Assembly (NCBI RefSeq): GCF_001457595.1
Contig: NZ_LN831039.1
Span: forward strand, 2,550,001-2,582,000
Direction of reading: 5' to 3'
Source: Mycolicibacterium smegmatis
GTDB taxonomy: Bacteria; Actinomycetota; Actinomycetes; Mycobacteriales; Mycobacteriaceae
DNA: 32,000 nucleotides
Both the position numbers and the translations under genes were made by a program. Shown here in pieces: positions 18,300-27,993 of this stretch. Under the pieces are notes generated by a model. The model saw only the letters and a list, made by a program, of their open reading frames with translations, was not told the DNA's origin and ran no database searches. The number at the start of each line of letters is the position of its first letter. Position 1 is the first letter of the stretch.

Positions 18300-19157
18300 A
18301 TGCCTGAGCTTCCCGAGGTCGAGGTCGTCCGCCGCGGGCTGGCCGAGCATGTGACGGGAAAGACGATCACCGGTGTGCGCGTGCACCATCCGCGGGCGGT
18401 GCGTCGCCACGAGGCCGGCCCGGCGGATCTCACCGCACGACTGCTCGACGTGCGGATCACCGGCACCGGCAGGCGCGGAAAGTACCTGTGGCTCACCCTC
18501 GATGACTCCGCGGCGTTGGTGGTGCATCTCGGGATGAGCGGGCAGATGCTGCTCGGCCCGATCCGTGACACGCGGCACCTGCGCATCGCGGCGGTGCTCG
18601 ACGACGGGACCGCACTGAGCTTCGTCGATCAGCGCACGTTCGGCGGGTGGCAATTGACCGAGATGGTCACGGTCGACGGCACCGATGTGCCGGAGCCGGT
18701 GGCGCACATCGCGCGTGACCCCCTCGATCCGCTCTTCGATCGCGACCGTGTCGTCACGGTGTTGCGGGGCAAGCACTCCGAGATCAAACGTCAACTGCTG
18801 GACCAGACCGTGGTGTCCGGCATCGGCAACATCTACGCCGACGAGGCCCTGTGGCGCACGAAGATCAACGGGGCGCGCATCGCCGCGGCCCTGCTGCGCC
18901 GCCGTCTCGCCGAACTGCTCGACGCCGCGGCCGAGGTCATGACCGATGCCCTCGGACAGGGCGGCACGTCGTTCGATTCGTTGTACGTCAACGTCAACGG
19001 TGAGTCCGGGTACTTCGACCGGTCGTTGGACGCCTACGGCCGCGAGGGTGAGCCGTGCCGGCGGTGCGGTGCGATCATGCGCCGCGAGAAGTTCATGAAC
19101 CGCTCGTCGTTCTACTGCCCGAGATGTCAGCCGCGTCCGCGGGTGCCTCGGGTCTGA
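18300..19157 (+). CDS. mutM: Formamidopyrimidine-DNA glycosylase
   Basis: [15 protein letters not shown]-terminus, [11 protein letters not shown]-terminal zinc finger [25 protein letters not shown]. Confidence 0.96.
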   Translation: MPELPEVEVVRRGLAEHVTGKTITGVRVHHPRAVRRHEAGPADLTARLLDVRITGTGRRGKYLWLTLDDSAALVVHLGMSGQMLLGPIRDTRHLRIAAVLDDGTALSFVDQRTFGGWQLTEMVTVDGTDVPEPVAHIARDPLDPLFDRDRVVTVLRGKHSEIKRQLLDQTVVSGIGNIYADEALWRTKINGARIAAALLRRRLAELLDAAAEVMTDALGQGGTSFDSLYVNVNGESGYFDRSLDAYGREGEPCRRCGAIMRREKFMNRSSFYCPRCQPRPRVPRV

Positions 19158-19175
19158 CAGGTCGGTGGCAGCCGA

Positions 19176-19937
19176 TCAGTTGAAGCCCGGGAAGTTCGAC
19201 AGCGTCGGCGAATCGGACATGCACACCTTCCATTCGCCGCTCTCCTTGCGGAAATGCATTGTGCCCGTACTGCCTCGGCTCTCGATCTTCGCGGTGGCCT
19301 TGTCGCCGTCGACGGTGATGTCGCCGATCGTGGCGTTCGCGTCCGGCGTCTCCATCGGCGGGCTGTCGATCAGTGAGGGGTCGATGCCGAGTTCTTCGAG
19401 CGCCGACATGTCGAACAGGGCCTGATCGCCCGCACAGAAGTAGTTGTCCAGCGCGGTCGAGAAGTTGCTCGTGGATCCGACGTCCTTGAGCAGCTGCTGA
19501 ATGGCCTTCTGGTCGCTGGACTGCGAGGGCACCAGCAGGACGACGACGAGCGCGATGATCGCCACCAGGACGACCACGGCCGCGATGGCGCCGCCGATGA
19601 TGAGGCCCTTTTTGTTGCTTGAGGGCGGCTGCGGTTGCGGATACCCCTGCGGGCCGTACCCGTACGGCTGCTGCCCGTACTGGGGCTGCCCGTACTGGGG
19701 CTGCCCGTATTGCGGTTGCCCGTACTGCTGCTGTCCGTACGCGGGCTGCTGCGGATATCCGTAGGCCTGGGGGTCGTACTGCGGGGCCCCGTAAGCAGGC
19801 TGCGCGCCCGGTGCGGAACCCGGCTGGTAGCCCTGCTGTGCGTCGCCGTACTGCGGGTAGGCCTGCGGCGGCTGCTGCCAGGGACCGTCGGGTCCCGGCG
19901 GCGGCGATGCGGGCGGATTGCTCGGCGGGTAAGTCAC
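19176..19937 (-). CDS. Single-pass membrane protein with cytoplasmic Pro/Gln/Tyr-rich repeat and extracytoplasmic domain, unknown function
   Basis: GTG start at 19937 gives MTYPPSNPPASPPPGPD...(YGQPQ repeats)...NKKGLIIGGAIAAVVVLVAIIALVVVLLVPSQSSDQKAI.... The track ORF to 20309 is an antisense overextension. Confidence 0.83.
   Translation of the reverse strand: MTYPPSNPPASPPPGPDGPWQQPPQAYPQYGDAQQGYQPGSAPGAQPAYGAPQYDPQAYGYPQQPAYGQQQYGQPQYGQPQYGQPQYGQQPYGYGPQGYPQPQPPSSNKKGLIIGGAIAAVVVLVAIIALVVVLLVPSQSSDQKAIQQLLKDVGSTSNFSTALDNYFCAGDQALFDMSALEELGIDPSLIDSPPMETPDANATIGDITVDGDKATAKIESRGSTGTMHFRKESGEWKVCMSDSPTLSNFPGFN
19666..19740 (+). repeat. 15-bp degenerate tandem repeat (~5 units, consensus TGGGGCTGCCCGTAC) encoding YGQPQ-type units on the minus strand
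   Basis: Units at 19666, 19681, 19696, 19711, 19726 (ggctgctgcccgtac / tggggctgcccgtac / tggggctgcccgtat / tgcggttgcccgtac / tgctgctgtccgtac). Confidence 0.9.
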
Positions 19938-20057
19938 TGTGCTCCTCAGCGGAAGGCGGTACGCCAGTCTATCCCCAGCACGGCCGGCCGGGGCGGCCGA
20001 CAATCGGGCTGAAACACTGCGGGAATACCCGCTCGGCGCGGCGTGTAGAAATAGCGC

Positions 20058-20477
20058 ATGACCGATCTCTGGGTTGAGCGTACGGGTGTGCGCCGCTACA
20101 CCGGCCGCAGTTCGCGGGGCGCCGAGGTGCTCGTGGGCAACGAGGATGTCGAAGGCGTGTTCACGCCGGGCGAGCTCATGAAGATCGCACTGGCCGCGTG
20201 CACCGGGATGGCGAGCGACCAGCCGCTGAGTCGCAGGCTCGGTGAGGATTACCCGGCCACCATCCGCGTGTCGGGTGCGGCCGACCGCGAACGCGAGGTC
20301 TACCCGCACCTTGAGGAGAAGCTCGAGATCGATCTGTCCGGTCTGTCGGAGGCCGACGTCAAGCGCGTGCTCACGGTCGTCGAACGCGCCGTCGACCAGG
20401 TGTGCACCGTGGGGCGCACGCTCAAGTCGGGCACGGAGGTCACGTTCTCGGTGGCCGACACCGTCCTGCCGAAATGA
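20058..20477 (+). CDS. OsmC/Ohr family protein
   Basis: GVFTPGELMKIALAACTGM ...VERAVDQVCTVGRTLKSGTEVT, typical OsmC family features. Confidence 0.85.
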   Translation: MTDLWVERTGVRRYTGRSSRGAEVLVGNEDVEGVFTPGELMKIALAACTGMASDQPLSRRLGEDYPATIRVSGAADREREVYPHLEEKLEIDLSGLSEADVKRVLTVVERAVDQVCTVGRTLKSGTEVTFSVADTVLPK

Positions 20478-20770
20478 CCGGGCCGGGGCCTCGCCGCGAC
20501 GAGGCGCGTCTGAGCGCCTGGGTGCACGGGCGCGTGCAGGGCGTGGGGTTCCGCTGGTGGACCCGGGCGCGTGCGCTGGAACTCGGGCTGACGGGGTTTG
20601 CCTCGAACCGGCCCGACGGTCGTGTGCATGTTGTGGCGCAAGGGTCTCGTGAGGCCTGTGAGAAGCTGCTTGAGCTGCTGCGGAGCGGCGAAACCCCCGG
20701 GTCGGTGGACAAGGTGATCGCCGATTGGGCCGAACCCGACGCCACGATGACGGGGTTCAGCGAAAGGTAG
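20474..20770 (+). CDS. acyP: Acylphosphatase
   Basis: From ATG 20474: LSAWVHGRVQGVGFRWWTRARALELGLTGFASNRPDGRVHVVAQG. Classic acylphosphatase motifs. ATGA overlap with the OsmC stop. Confidence 0.94.
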   Translation: MTGPGPRRDEARLSAWVHGRVQGVGFRWWTRARALELGLTGFASNRPDGRVHVVAQGSREACEKLLELLRSGETPGSVDKVIADWAEPDATMTGFSER

Positions 20771-20782
20771 CCGACGCGGCGG

Positions 20783-20788
20783 TAGGGT
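20783..20788 (+). promoter_or_regulatory. Candidate -10 element TAGGGT (8 nt before GTG 20797, smc)
   Basis: TANNNT hexamer at leaderless spacing. Confidence 0.45.
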
Positions 20789-20796
20789 AAGGCGTC

Positions 20797-23700
20797 GTGC
20801 ACCTCAAGAGTCTGACGCTCAAGGGCTTCAAATCCTTTGCCTCGCCGACGACTCTGCGCTTCGAACCCGGTATCACCTGCGTCGTCGGCCCCAACGGTTC
20901 CGGAAAATCCAACGTCGTCGACGCGCTCACCTGGGTGATGGGGGAGCAGGGCGCCAAGACGTTGCGCGGCGGCAAGATGGAGGACGTCATCTTCGCGGGC
21001 ACGTCGTCGCGTGCCCCGCTCGGCCGCGCCGAGGTGACGCTGACCATCGACAACTCCGACAACGCGCTGCCGATCGAGTACTCCGAGGTGTCGATCACCC
21101 GACGGATGTTCCGCGACGGGGCGGGCGAGTACGAGATCAACGGCGCCAGCTGCCGGTTGATGGACGTCCAGGAACTGCTGAGCGATTCGGGTATCGGCCG
21201 CGAGATGCACGTCATCGTGGGCCAGGGCAAGCTCTCGGAGATCCTCGAGTCGCGCCCCGAGGACCGCCGCGCGTTCATCGAGGAGGCCGCGGGCGTCCTC
21301 AAACACCGAAAGCGCAAGGAAAAGGCGGTCCGCAAGCTCGATTCGATGGCCGCGAACCTCGCGCGCCTCACCGACCTGACCACCGAACTGCGCCGCCAGC
21401 TCAAACCGCTGGGCCGCCAGGCCGAGATGGCGCGCCGGGCCGCGACCATCCAGGCCGACCTGCGTGACGCGCGGCTGCGGCTGGCCGCCGACGACCTGGT
21501 GCGCAGACAGGTCGAGTTCCAGAATACCAATCAGGCCGAGACGGCGCTGCGCAAGGAGCACGAGGAGCTGACCGTGCGCCTGCAGTCGGCCACGGTCGAA
21601 CTGCAGGCCCACGAGGCCGCGGTGGCCGAGCTGACACGCCGCGCCGAAGCCGCGCAGCAGACCTGGTTCCGGGCGTCGGCGCTGGCCGAGCGGGTCGGCG
21701 CGACCGTGCGCATCGCGACCGACCGCGCCCAGATGCTCGACTCCGAACCTGAGATGTCCTCGGGCCGCGACCCCGATGCCCTGGAGGCCGAGGCCGAGGA
21801 GGTCGCCGAACTCGAAGCGCAGCTGCTCGACGAACTGTCCGAGGCGCGCATCGCGCTGGAGACGGCCCGTGCAGAGCTGGCCGAACGTGAGCAGATCGCG
21901 GCCGACGCCGAGCGTGCCCACATGGCCGCCGCGCGCGCCGAGGCCGACCGCCGCGAGGGCCTGGCACGCCTGGCCGGCCAGGTCGACACCATGCGCACGC
22001 GCGTCGAGTCGATCGACGAAGGCGTCCTGCGGCTCTCGGTCAGCATCGAGGAGGCCGCCGCCAAGGCCGAGCACGCGCAGGCCGAGTTCGAGGACGTGCA
22101 GAGCCGGGTCGGTGAACTCGACGCGGGCGAGGTCGGTCTCGACGAGCACCACGACCGCACGGTCGCCGCACTGCGTCTCGCCGACGAACGCGTCGCCGAA
22201 CTGCAGGCCGCCGAACGCGCCGCCGAACGCCAGGTCGCGTCGCTGCGCGCGCGCATCGAGGCGCTGTCGGTGGGTCTCGACCGTCGCGACGGTGCCGCGT
22301 GGTTGCAGAAGAACCACAGTGGCGGAGGGCTTTTCGGGTCCATCGGAGATTTTCTGAGGGTGCAGCCGGGTTACGAGGTGGCCGTGGCGGCCGTGCTCGG
22401 CGCCGCCGCCGACGCGTTGGCGGCCGAGAACTTCGGTGCGGCGGCCGCGGCGGTCGCCGCGCTCAAGGAGTCCGACGGCGGCCGTGCGGCGATCGTCCTC
22501 GGCGACTGGAACGCCATCGGCTCGTCACCACAGGCGGCCCTGCCACCTGGTGCGACGTGGGCGACCGACTTGGTGTCGGTGCCCGACCGCCTGCGCGGCG
22601 CGGTCACGGCGATGCTGACCGGCGTGGCCGTCGTCCCCGACATGGCCGCCGGGCTGGCGCTGGTGTCCTCACGCCCCGAACTGCGTGCCGTGACCACCGA
22701 GGGTGATCTCGTCGGTCCGGGCTGGGTCAGCGGCGGATCGGACCGCAAACCCAGCACGCTGGAGATCGCATCCGAGATCGACAAGGCGCGCGCCGAACTG
22801 GAGCAGGCCGAACGGCAGACCAGCGAGCTCGGCGCGGCGCTGTCGGGCGCGCTGGCCGAACAGTCCGCGCGCCAGGACGCCGCCGAGCAGGCGCTGGCCG
22901 CGCTCAACGAATCCGATGCCGCGATCTCGGCGATCTACGAGCAGCTGGCCCGGCTGGGGCAGGAGGCCCGCGGCGCCCACCAGGAGTGGCAGCGCCTGAT
23001 CAAGCAGCGCGACGAGCTCGAGGCCGGACGCACCAAGACCGTCGAGGAGCTGCGCGAGCTCGAGTCGCGGCTGTCCAACGCCGAGCAGACGCCGATGTTC
23101 GACATCGAGCCCGTCGACCGGCAGGAGACCGTCGCGGCCGCCGAGGCCGCCCGCGCGGTCGAGGTGGAGGCCCGCCTGGCCGTCCGCACGGCCGAGGAAC
23201 GCGCGAATGCCGTTCGCGGGCGGGCGGATTCGCTGCGCCGCGCGGCCGCGGCCGAACGTGAGGCGCGGGTTCGTGCCCAGCGCGCCCGCGAGGCCCGCGA
23301 GTACGCGGCGCGCGTCGCCGCGGCGGTGTCGGAGTGCGGGCGTCAGATCGCCGGGAAACTGAGTGCGGTGGTGGCCGCTGCGGCGCGCAGCCGCGACGAA
23401 CTCGCCACCGAACGGCAGCTGCGGGTGAACGCGCTCGGTGAGATCCGCGAGGAGGTCACCGCGCTCAACAACCGGATCAACACGCTCACCGACGCCCTGC
23501 ACCGCGACGAGATGGCCAAGGCCCAGGCCCAGCTGCGGATCGAGCAGCTCGAGGCCCAGGTGCTCGAACAGTTCGGCATGTCGGCCGGCGACCTGGTGGC
23601 CGAATACGGTCCGCAGGTGGCGCTGCCGCCCAGCGAGCTGGAGATGGCCGAGTACGAGCAGGCCAAGGAGCGCGGCGAACAGGTGACCGCGCCCGCGCCG

Positions 23701-24384
23701 ATGCCGTTCGACCGCGCGACACAGGAACGCCGCGCCAAGCGCGCCGAGCGTGAACTGGCCGAGCTGGGCCGCGTCAACCCGCTCGCGCTCGAGGAGTTCG
23801 CGGCGCTGGAGGAGCGCTACAACTTCCTGTCCACGCAGCTCGAGGACGTCAAGGCCGCCCGTGCCGACCTGCTCGACGTGATCGCCGACGTCGACAACCG
23901 CATCCTGCAGGTGTTCACCGAGGCGTACGCCGACGTCGAGCGTGAGTTCGAGCAGGTGTTCGCCACGTTGTTCCCGGGCGGCGAGGGCAGGCTGCTGCTG
24001 ACCGACCCGAGCGACATGCTGACCACGGGCATCGAGGTCGAGGCCCGGCCGCCGGGCAAGAAGATCAAACGCCTCTCGTTGCTGTCCGGCGGCGAGAAGT
24101 CGCTCACCGCGGTGGCGATGCTGGTCGCGATCTTCCGCGCGCGCCCGTCACCGTTCTACGTCATGGACGAGGTCGAGGCCGCGCTCGACGACGTCAACCT
24201 GCGCAGGCTCATCAGCCTGTTCGAACAGCTGCGGGAAAAGTCGCAGCTGATCGTGATCACGCATCAGAAGCCGACCATGGAGATCGCCGACGCGCTCTAC
24301 GGCGTCACGATGCGCGGAGACGGCATCACGACCGTGATCTCGCAGCGCATGCGCGGCCAGGAGCTGGTCTCCAACCCCAGCTGA
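20797..24384 (+). CDS. smc: Chromosome segregation protein SMC
   Basis: 1195 aa: [18 protein letters not shown], Walker [16 protein letters not shown], coiled coils, [33 protein letters not shown]. Confidence 0.98.
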   Translation: MHLKSLTLKGFKSFASPTTLRFEPGITCVVGPNGSGKSNVVDALTWVMGEQGAKTLRGGKMEDVIFAGTSSRAPLGRAEVTLTIDNSDNALPIEYSEVSITRRMFRDGAGEYEINGASCRLMDVQELLSDSGIGREMHVIVGQGKLSEILESRPEDRRAFIEEAAGVLKHRKRKEKAVRKLDSMAANLARLTDLTTELRRQLKPLGRQAEMARRAATIQADLRDARLRLAADDLVRRQVEFQNTNQAETALRKEHEELTVRLQSATVELQAHEAAVAELTRRAEAAQQTWFRASALAERVGATVRIATDRAQMLDSEPEMSSGRDPDALEAEAEEVAELEAQLLDELSEARIALETARAELAEREQIAADAERAHMAAARAEADRREGLARLAGQVDTMRTRVESIDEGVLRLSVSIEEAAAKAEHAQAEFEDVQSRVGELDAGEVGLDEHHDRTVAALRLADERVAELQAAERAAERQVASLRARIEALSVGLDRRDGAAWLQKNHSGGGLFGSIGDFLRVQPGYEVAVAAVLGAAADALAAENFGAAAAAVAALKESDGGRAAIVLGDWNAIGSSPQAALPPGATWATDLVSVPDRLRGAVTAMLTGVAVVPDMAAGLALVSSRPELRAVTTEGDLVGPGWVSGGSDRKPSTLEIASEIDKARAELEQAERQTSELGAALSGALAEQSARQDAAEQALAALNESDAAISAIYEQLARLGQEARGAHQEWQRLIKQRDELEAGRTKTVEELRELESRLSNAEQTPMFDIEPVDRQETVAAAEAARAVEVEARLAVRTAEERANAVRGRADSLRRAAAAEREARVRAQRAREAREYAARVAAAVSECGRQIAGKLSAVVAAAARSRDELATERQLRVNALGEIREEVTALNNRINTLTDALHRDEMAKAQAQLRIEQLEAQVLEQFGMSAGDLVAEYGPQVALPPSELEMAEYEQAKERGEQVTAPAPMPFDRATQERRAKRAERELAELGRVNPLALEEFAALEERYNFLSTQLEDVKAARADLLDVIADVDNRILQVFTEAYADVEREFEQVFATLFPGGEGRLLLTDPSDMLTTGIEVEARPPGKKIKRLSLLSGGEKSLTAVAMLVAIFRARPSPFYVMDEVEAALDDVNLRRLISLFEQLREKSQLIVITHQKPTMEIADALYGVTMRGDGITTVISQRMRGQELVSNPS

Positions 24385-24390
24385 GCCCCG

Positions 24391-24412
24391 GCCGACCCCC
24401 CGGCCGGTCGGC
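24391..24412 (+). terminator. Hairpin GCCGACC-N8-GGTCGGC between smc and ftsY
   Basis: Perfect 7-bp arms starting 6 nt after the smc stop. No U-tract. Confidence 0.4.
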
Positions 24413-24442
24413 ACCACCCCGCGCGGCTGAGACAATGGCCCG

Positions 24443-25945
24443 GTGACAGAAGGTGCCTTGATAGGTCTGTGGGTCGCGATCGCGGTCGTTGCCGTACTGC
24501 TCGTCGTTGCGATCGTCGTCGGTTTGGTCCGGTATCGGCGTCGCAAGATCAAGCTCTCGGCTCCCGAGCCCAAGAAGACGATCGACCGCTCGGGCGGCTA
24601 TACGGCGTCCTCGGGCATCACCTTCAGCCAGGGCGGCACGGCGCCGCCGGCCGAGCGGATCGACACCACGGGTCTGCCCGCGGTGGGCGACGACGCCACG
24701 ATCCCGCGCGATGCGCCCAAGCGGCCCATCGCCGACGTCCAGCTGCCCGAACCGGCCGTCGAGCCCGAGGCCCCGCCTGCGCGGGATTCCGTCGCCGCGC
24801 CTCCCGAGGCTCCCGCGCCGCCTGAGCCTGCTGCCGAGCCCGCCCCGGAGCCGGCACCCGAGCCGGCACCCGAGCCCGCCCCGGAGACCACGGCCGAGCC
24901 CGTCACCGAACCCGAACCGGTCGTCGAAGCTGCCCCCGAGGTGACACCACCGGTCACCGAGACCGCGCCGGTCGAGGCGCCGCCTGCGGCTCCCGAGGCG
25001 ACACCGTCGGCGATCGAGGAGATCGCGCCCGCAGAGGGCCGTCTGGGCCGGCTGCGCGGCAGGCTCGCCAAGTCGCAGAACGCGCTGGGCCGCAGCATGC
25101 TCGGCCTGCTCGGCGGCGGCGACCTCGACGAGGAGTCCTGGGAGGAGGTCGAGGACACCCTGCTGATCGCCGACCTCGGACCCGTGGTGACCGAATCGGT
25201 CATCGGGGCCCTGCGCACCGAGATGGCGGCCAAGAACGTGCGCACCGAGGCCGACGCGCGCGCCGTGCTGCGCGAGGTCCTGATGGCCGAGCTGAGGCCC
25301 GAACTCGACCGCTCGATCCGCGCGCTGCCGCACGCCGACAAGCCGTCGGTGCTGCTGGTCGTCGGCGTCAACGGCACCGGCAAGACCACCACGGTCGGCA
25401 AGCTCGCACGCGTGCTGGTGGCCGACGGACGGCGCGTCGTGCTCGGCGCCGCCGACACGTTCCGCGCCGCGGCCGCCGACCAGTTGCAGACGTGGGGCTC
25501 GCGCGTGGGCGCCGAGGTGGTCCGCGGACCCGAGGGCGCCGACCCGGCGTCGGTCGCGTTCGACGCGGTCGACCACGGCATCTCCGCGGGCGCCGACGTG
25601 GTCGTCGTCGACACCGCGGGCCGGTTGCACACCAAGACCGGTCTGATGGACGAACTGGGCAAGGTCAAGCGCGTGGTCGAGAAGCGCGCCGCGGTCGACG
25701 AGGTGCTGCTGGTGCTCGACGCGACCATCGGCCAGAACAGCCTGCCGCAGGCGAAGGTCTTCGCCGAGGTCGTCGACATCACCGGTGTGGTGCTGACCAA
25801 GCTGGACGGGACGGCCAAGGGCGGCATCGTGTTCCGCGTGCAGCAGGAACTCGGGGTGCCGGTCAAACTCGTCGGTCTGGGTGAGGGGCCCGACGATCTG
25901 GCGCCGTTCGAGCCGGGCGCGTTCGTCGACGCACTGCTGGGGTAG
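24443..25945 (+). CDS. ftsY: Signal recognition particle receptor FtsY
   Basis: 500 aa, GTG start, N-terminal TM and acidic P/E-rich A region, NG domain VVGVNGTGKTTTVGKLA, DTFRAAAADQLQTWG, VVDTAGRLHTKTGLMDEL, LTKLDGTAKGG. Confidence 0.97.
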   Translation: MTEGALIGLWVAIAVVAVLLVVAIVVGLVRYRRRKIKLSAPEPKKTIDRSGGYTASSGITFSQGGTAPPAERIDTTGLPAVGDDATIPRDAPKRPIADVQLPEPAVEPEAPPARDSVAAPPEAPAPPEPAAEPAPEPAPEPAPEPAPETTAEPVTEPEPVVEAAPEVTPPVTETAPVEAPPAAPEATPSAIEEIAPAEGRLGRLRGRLAKSQNALGRSMLGLLGGGDLDEESWEEVEDTLLIADLGPVVTESVIGALRTEMAAKNVRTEADARAVLREVLMAELRPELDRSIRALPHADKPSVLLVVGVNGTGKTTTVGKLARVLVADGRRVVLGAADTFRAAAADQLQTWGSRVGAEVVRGPEGADPASVAFDAVDHGISAGADVVVVDTAGRLHTKTGLMDELGKVKRVVEKRAAVDEVLLVLDATIGQNSLPQAKVFAEVVDITGVVLTKLDGTAKGGIVFRVQQELGVPVKLVGLGEGPDDLAPFEPGAFVDALLG

Positions 25946-26049
25946 CGCTGCGCCCCGGTCTGAAGGCGGGATCGCGGCGCCGCAGCGGGAGTGTTTGCGG
26001 GGCGTTACAGCCGGCGTTCGCTGTGCTACGACCTGTGCTTTGTCGGCGG

Positions 26050-26065
26050 GAAACATGAGCGTAAC
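26050..26065 (+). promoter_or_regulatory. Candidate GlnR-type site GAAAC-N6-GTAAC upstream of amtB
   Basis: Matches half-site spacing of actinobacterial GlnR boxes (AC-N9-AC) and sits about 120 nt before the amtB start. Confidence 0.5.
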
Positions 26066-26109
26066 AGTGATCGGGATTGCGTTCACTTTCCGGAAACGCA
26101 ACGGCAGCA

Positions 26110-26158
26110 CCGGCGAAACGCCGGCAACAGAATCTCATCGGGAGGCCGATCCGTCGGC
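26110..26158 (+). promoter_or_regulatory. Structured amtB leader: hairpins CCGGCG-AAA-CGCCGG (26110-26124) and GCCGA-TCCG-TCGGC (26145-26158)
   Basis: Two perfect inverted repeats upstream of the SD at 26168. Confidence 0.45.
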
Positions 26159-26184
26159 GCACTTCCCAAGGAGGTTCACACAAA

Positions 26185-27534
26185 GTGGTCTTAGCCCTAC
26201 CTGACGAATCGTTCGCCGCATTCGACAGCGGCGATACGGCGTGGGTGCTCGCGAGCGCCGCGCTGGTGTTGCTGATGACGCCGGGCCTGGCGTTCTTCTA
26301 CGGCGGACTTTCTCGGCAGAAATCCGTACTGAACATGATGATGATGTCTTTTGGAGCCCTGGGCGTCGTCAGCGTTATCTACGTACTGTGGGGCTACTCG
26401 ATGTCGTTCTCGTCCGGCCACACCGGTGGCAGCGACATCGCGGGTATCTTCGACAACCCGTTCTCGCTGTTCGGCCTGAGCCAGCTGCTCGAGACGCGTG
26501 AGATCGACGGCACCGAGCTGTCGGTGATCGGCGGCTTCGGCACCGTCCCCGCGATCGTGTGGGTGGGCTTCCAGCTGACGTTCGCGGTGATCACCGTCGC
26601 GCTGATCAGCGGTGCGCTGGCCGAGCGCGTCAAGTTCGGCACCTGGCTGGTGTTCTCGGGCCTGTGGGTCACCCTGGTGTATTTCCCGCTGGCGCACATG
26701 GTTTGGGGCGGCGGCCTGCTGTCCGACAACGAGCGTGGCTTCGCGTCGTGGCTGTTCGGTACCACCGAAGGCGATGACGGATCCGTCTCGGCCACCGTCG
26801 CGCCGATCGACTTCGCCGGTGGCACCGTGGTGCACATCAACGCCGGTATGGCGGCCCTCGTGCTCGCGATCATCGTCGGACGCCGCCGCAACTTCGGCAA
26901 GATGGCCTTCCGTCCGCACAACATCCCGTGGGTCATGCTCGGCGCCGCGCTGCTGTGGTTCGGCTGGTTCGGCTTCAACGTCGGCTCCGAGGGCGCTGCC
27001 GATGCGGTCTCCGGCCTGGTCTGGGTCAACACCACCGCCGCGACCGCGGCCGCGATGCTGGGCTGGCTGCTGGTGGAGCGCATCCGTGACGGTCACCCGA
27101 CCAGCGTCGGTGCGGCCTCCGGTATCGTCGCCGGCCTCGTCGCCATCACGCCGGCCTGTGGTGCCCTGAGCCCGGTCGGCTCGCTGATCCTCGGCGCGAT
27201 CGCCGGTGCGCTGTCGGCACTCGCGATCAGCCTGAAATACAAGTTCGGCTACGACGATTCGCTCGATGTCGTTGGCGTGCACCTGGTTGCGGGCCTGTGG
27301 GGCACCGTCGCCATCGGCCTGTTCGCCACGGAGACCGGCCTGTTCTACGGCGGCGGCATCCAGCAGCTGGTCGTCCAGATCGTGATCGCCGTCGTGGCAA
27401 CCGTATTCACCGCCGTCATGACTGCCATCATTGCGTTGGCCCTCAAGCCGATGGGCTGGCGTGTGACAGATGAAGATGAGGCCACCGGTATCGATGAGAC
27501 CGAGCATGCGGAAACGGCTTACGAGCTCGCCTGA
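26185..27534 (+). CDS. amtB: Ammonium transporter
   Basis: GTG 26185 preceded by AAGGAGG (26168-26174). AMT motifs TPGLAFFYGGLSRQKSVLNMMMM, VHINAGMAALV, IPWVMLGAALLWFGWFGFN, GVHLVAGLWG. The track start at 26077 is an extension. Confidence 0.95.
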   Translation: MVLALPDESFAAFDSGDTAWVLASAALVLLMTPGLAFFYGGLSRQKSVLNMMMMSFGALGVVSVIYVLWGYSMSFSSGHTGGSDIAGIFDNPFSLFGLSQLLETREIDGTELSVIGGFGTVPAIVWVGFQLTFAVITVALISGALAERVKFGTWLVFSGLWVTLVYFPLAHMVWGGGLLSDNERGFASWLFGTTEGDDGSVSATVAPIDFAGGTVVHINAGMAALVLAIIVGRRRNFGKMAFRPHNIPWVMLGAALLWFGWFGFNVGSEGAADAVSGLVWVNTTAATAAAMLGWLLVERIRDGHPTSVGAASGIVAGLVAITPACGALSPVGSLILGAIAGALSALAISLKYKFGYDDSLDVVGVHLVAGLWGTVAIGLFATETGLFYGGGIQQLVVQIVIAVVATVFTAVMTAIIALALKPMGWRVTDEDEATGIDETEHAETAYELA

Positions 27535-27906
<372 letters not shown>

Positions 27907-27911
27907 GGCGC

Positions 27912-27941
27912 GGAGCGGTCTCGACCACAGTCGACCGCTCC
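27912..27941 (+). terminator. Hairpin GGAGCGGTC-N12-GACCGCTCC in the glnK-glnD gap
   Basis: Perfect 9-bp arms beginning 6 nt after the glnK stop. No U-tract. Confidence 0.5.
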
Positions 27942-27993
27942 CGGCCGGCACCGTGTGAGCGTTCTTAGGTAATGGCCGGGGGAGGAAGACGAA

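Noticed and set aside
20440-22317. 625-aa minus-strand ORF over acyP/smc
   Set aside because: Shadow ORF antisense to smc.
24831-24900. GAGCCCGCCCCGGAG-like repeats as a mobile or satellite repeat
   Set aside because: They encode the usual acidic Pro/Glu-rich A region of FtsY (EPAPEPAPEP).
26055-26204. 49-codon ORF (MSVTVIGIAFTFRKRN...) upstream of and overlapping amtB
   Set aside because: Its ATG lies within the putative GlnR site, so is probably upstream of the TSS, and the composition gives no support. Left as unlikely chance ORF.
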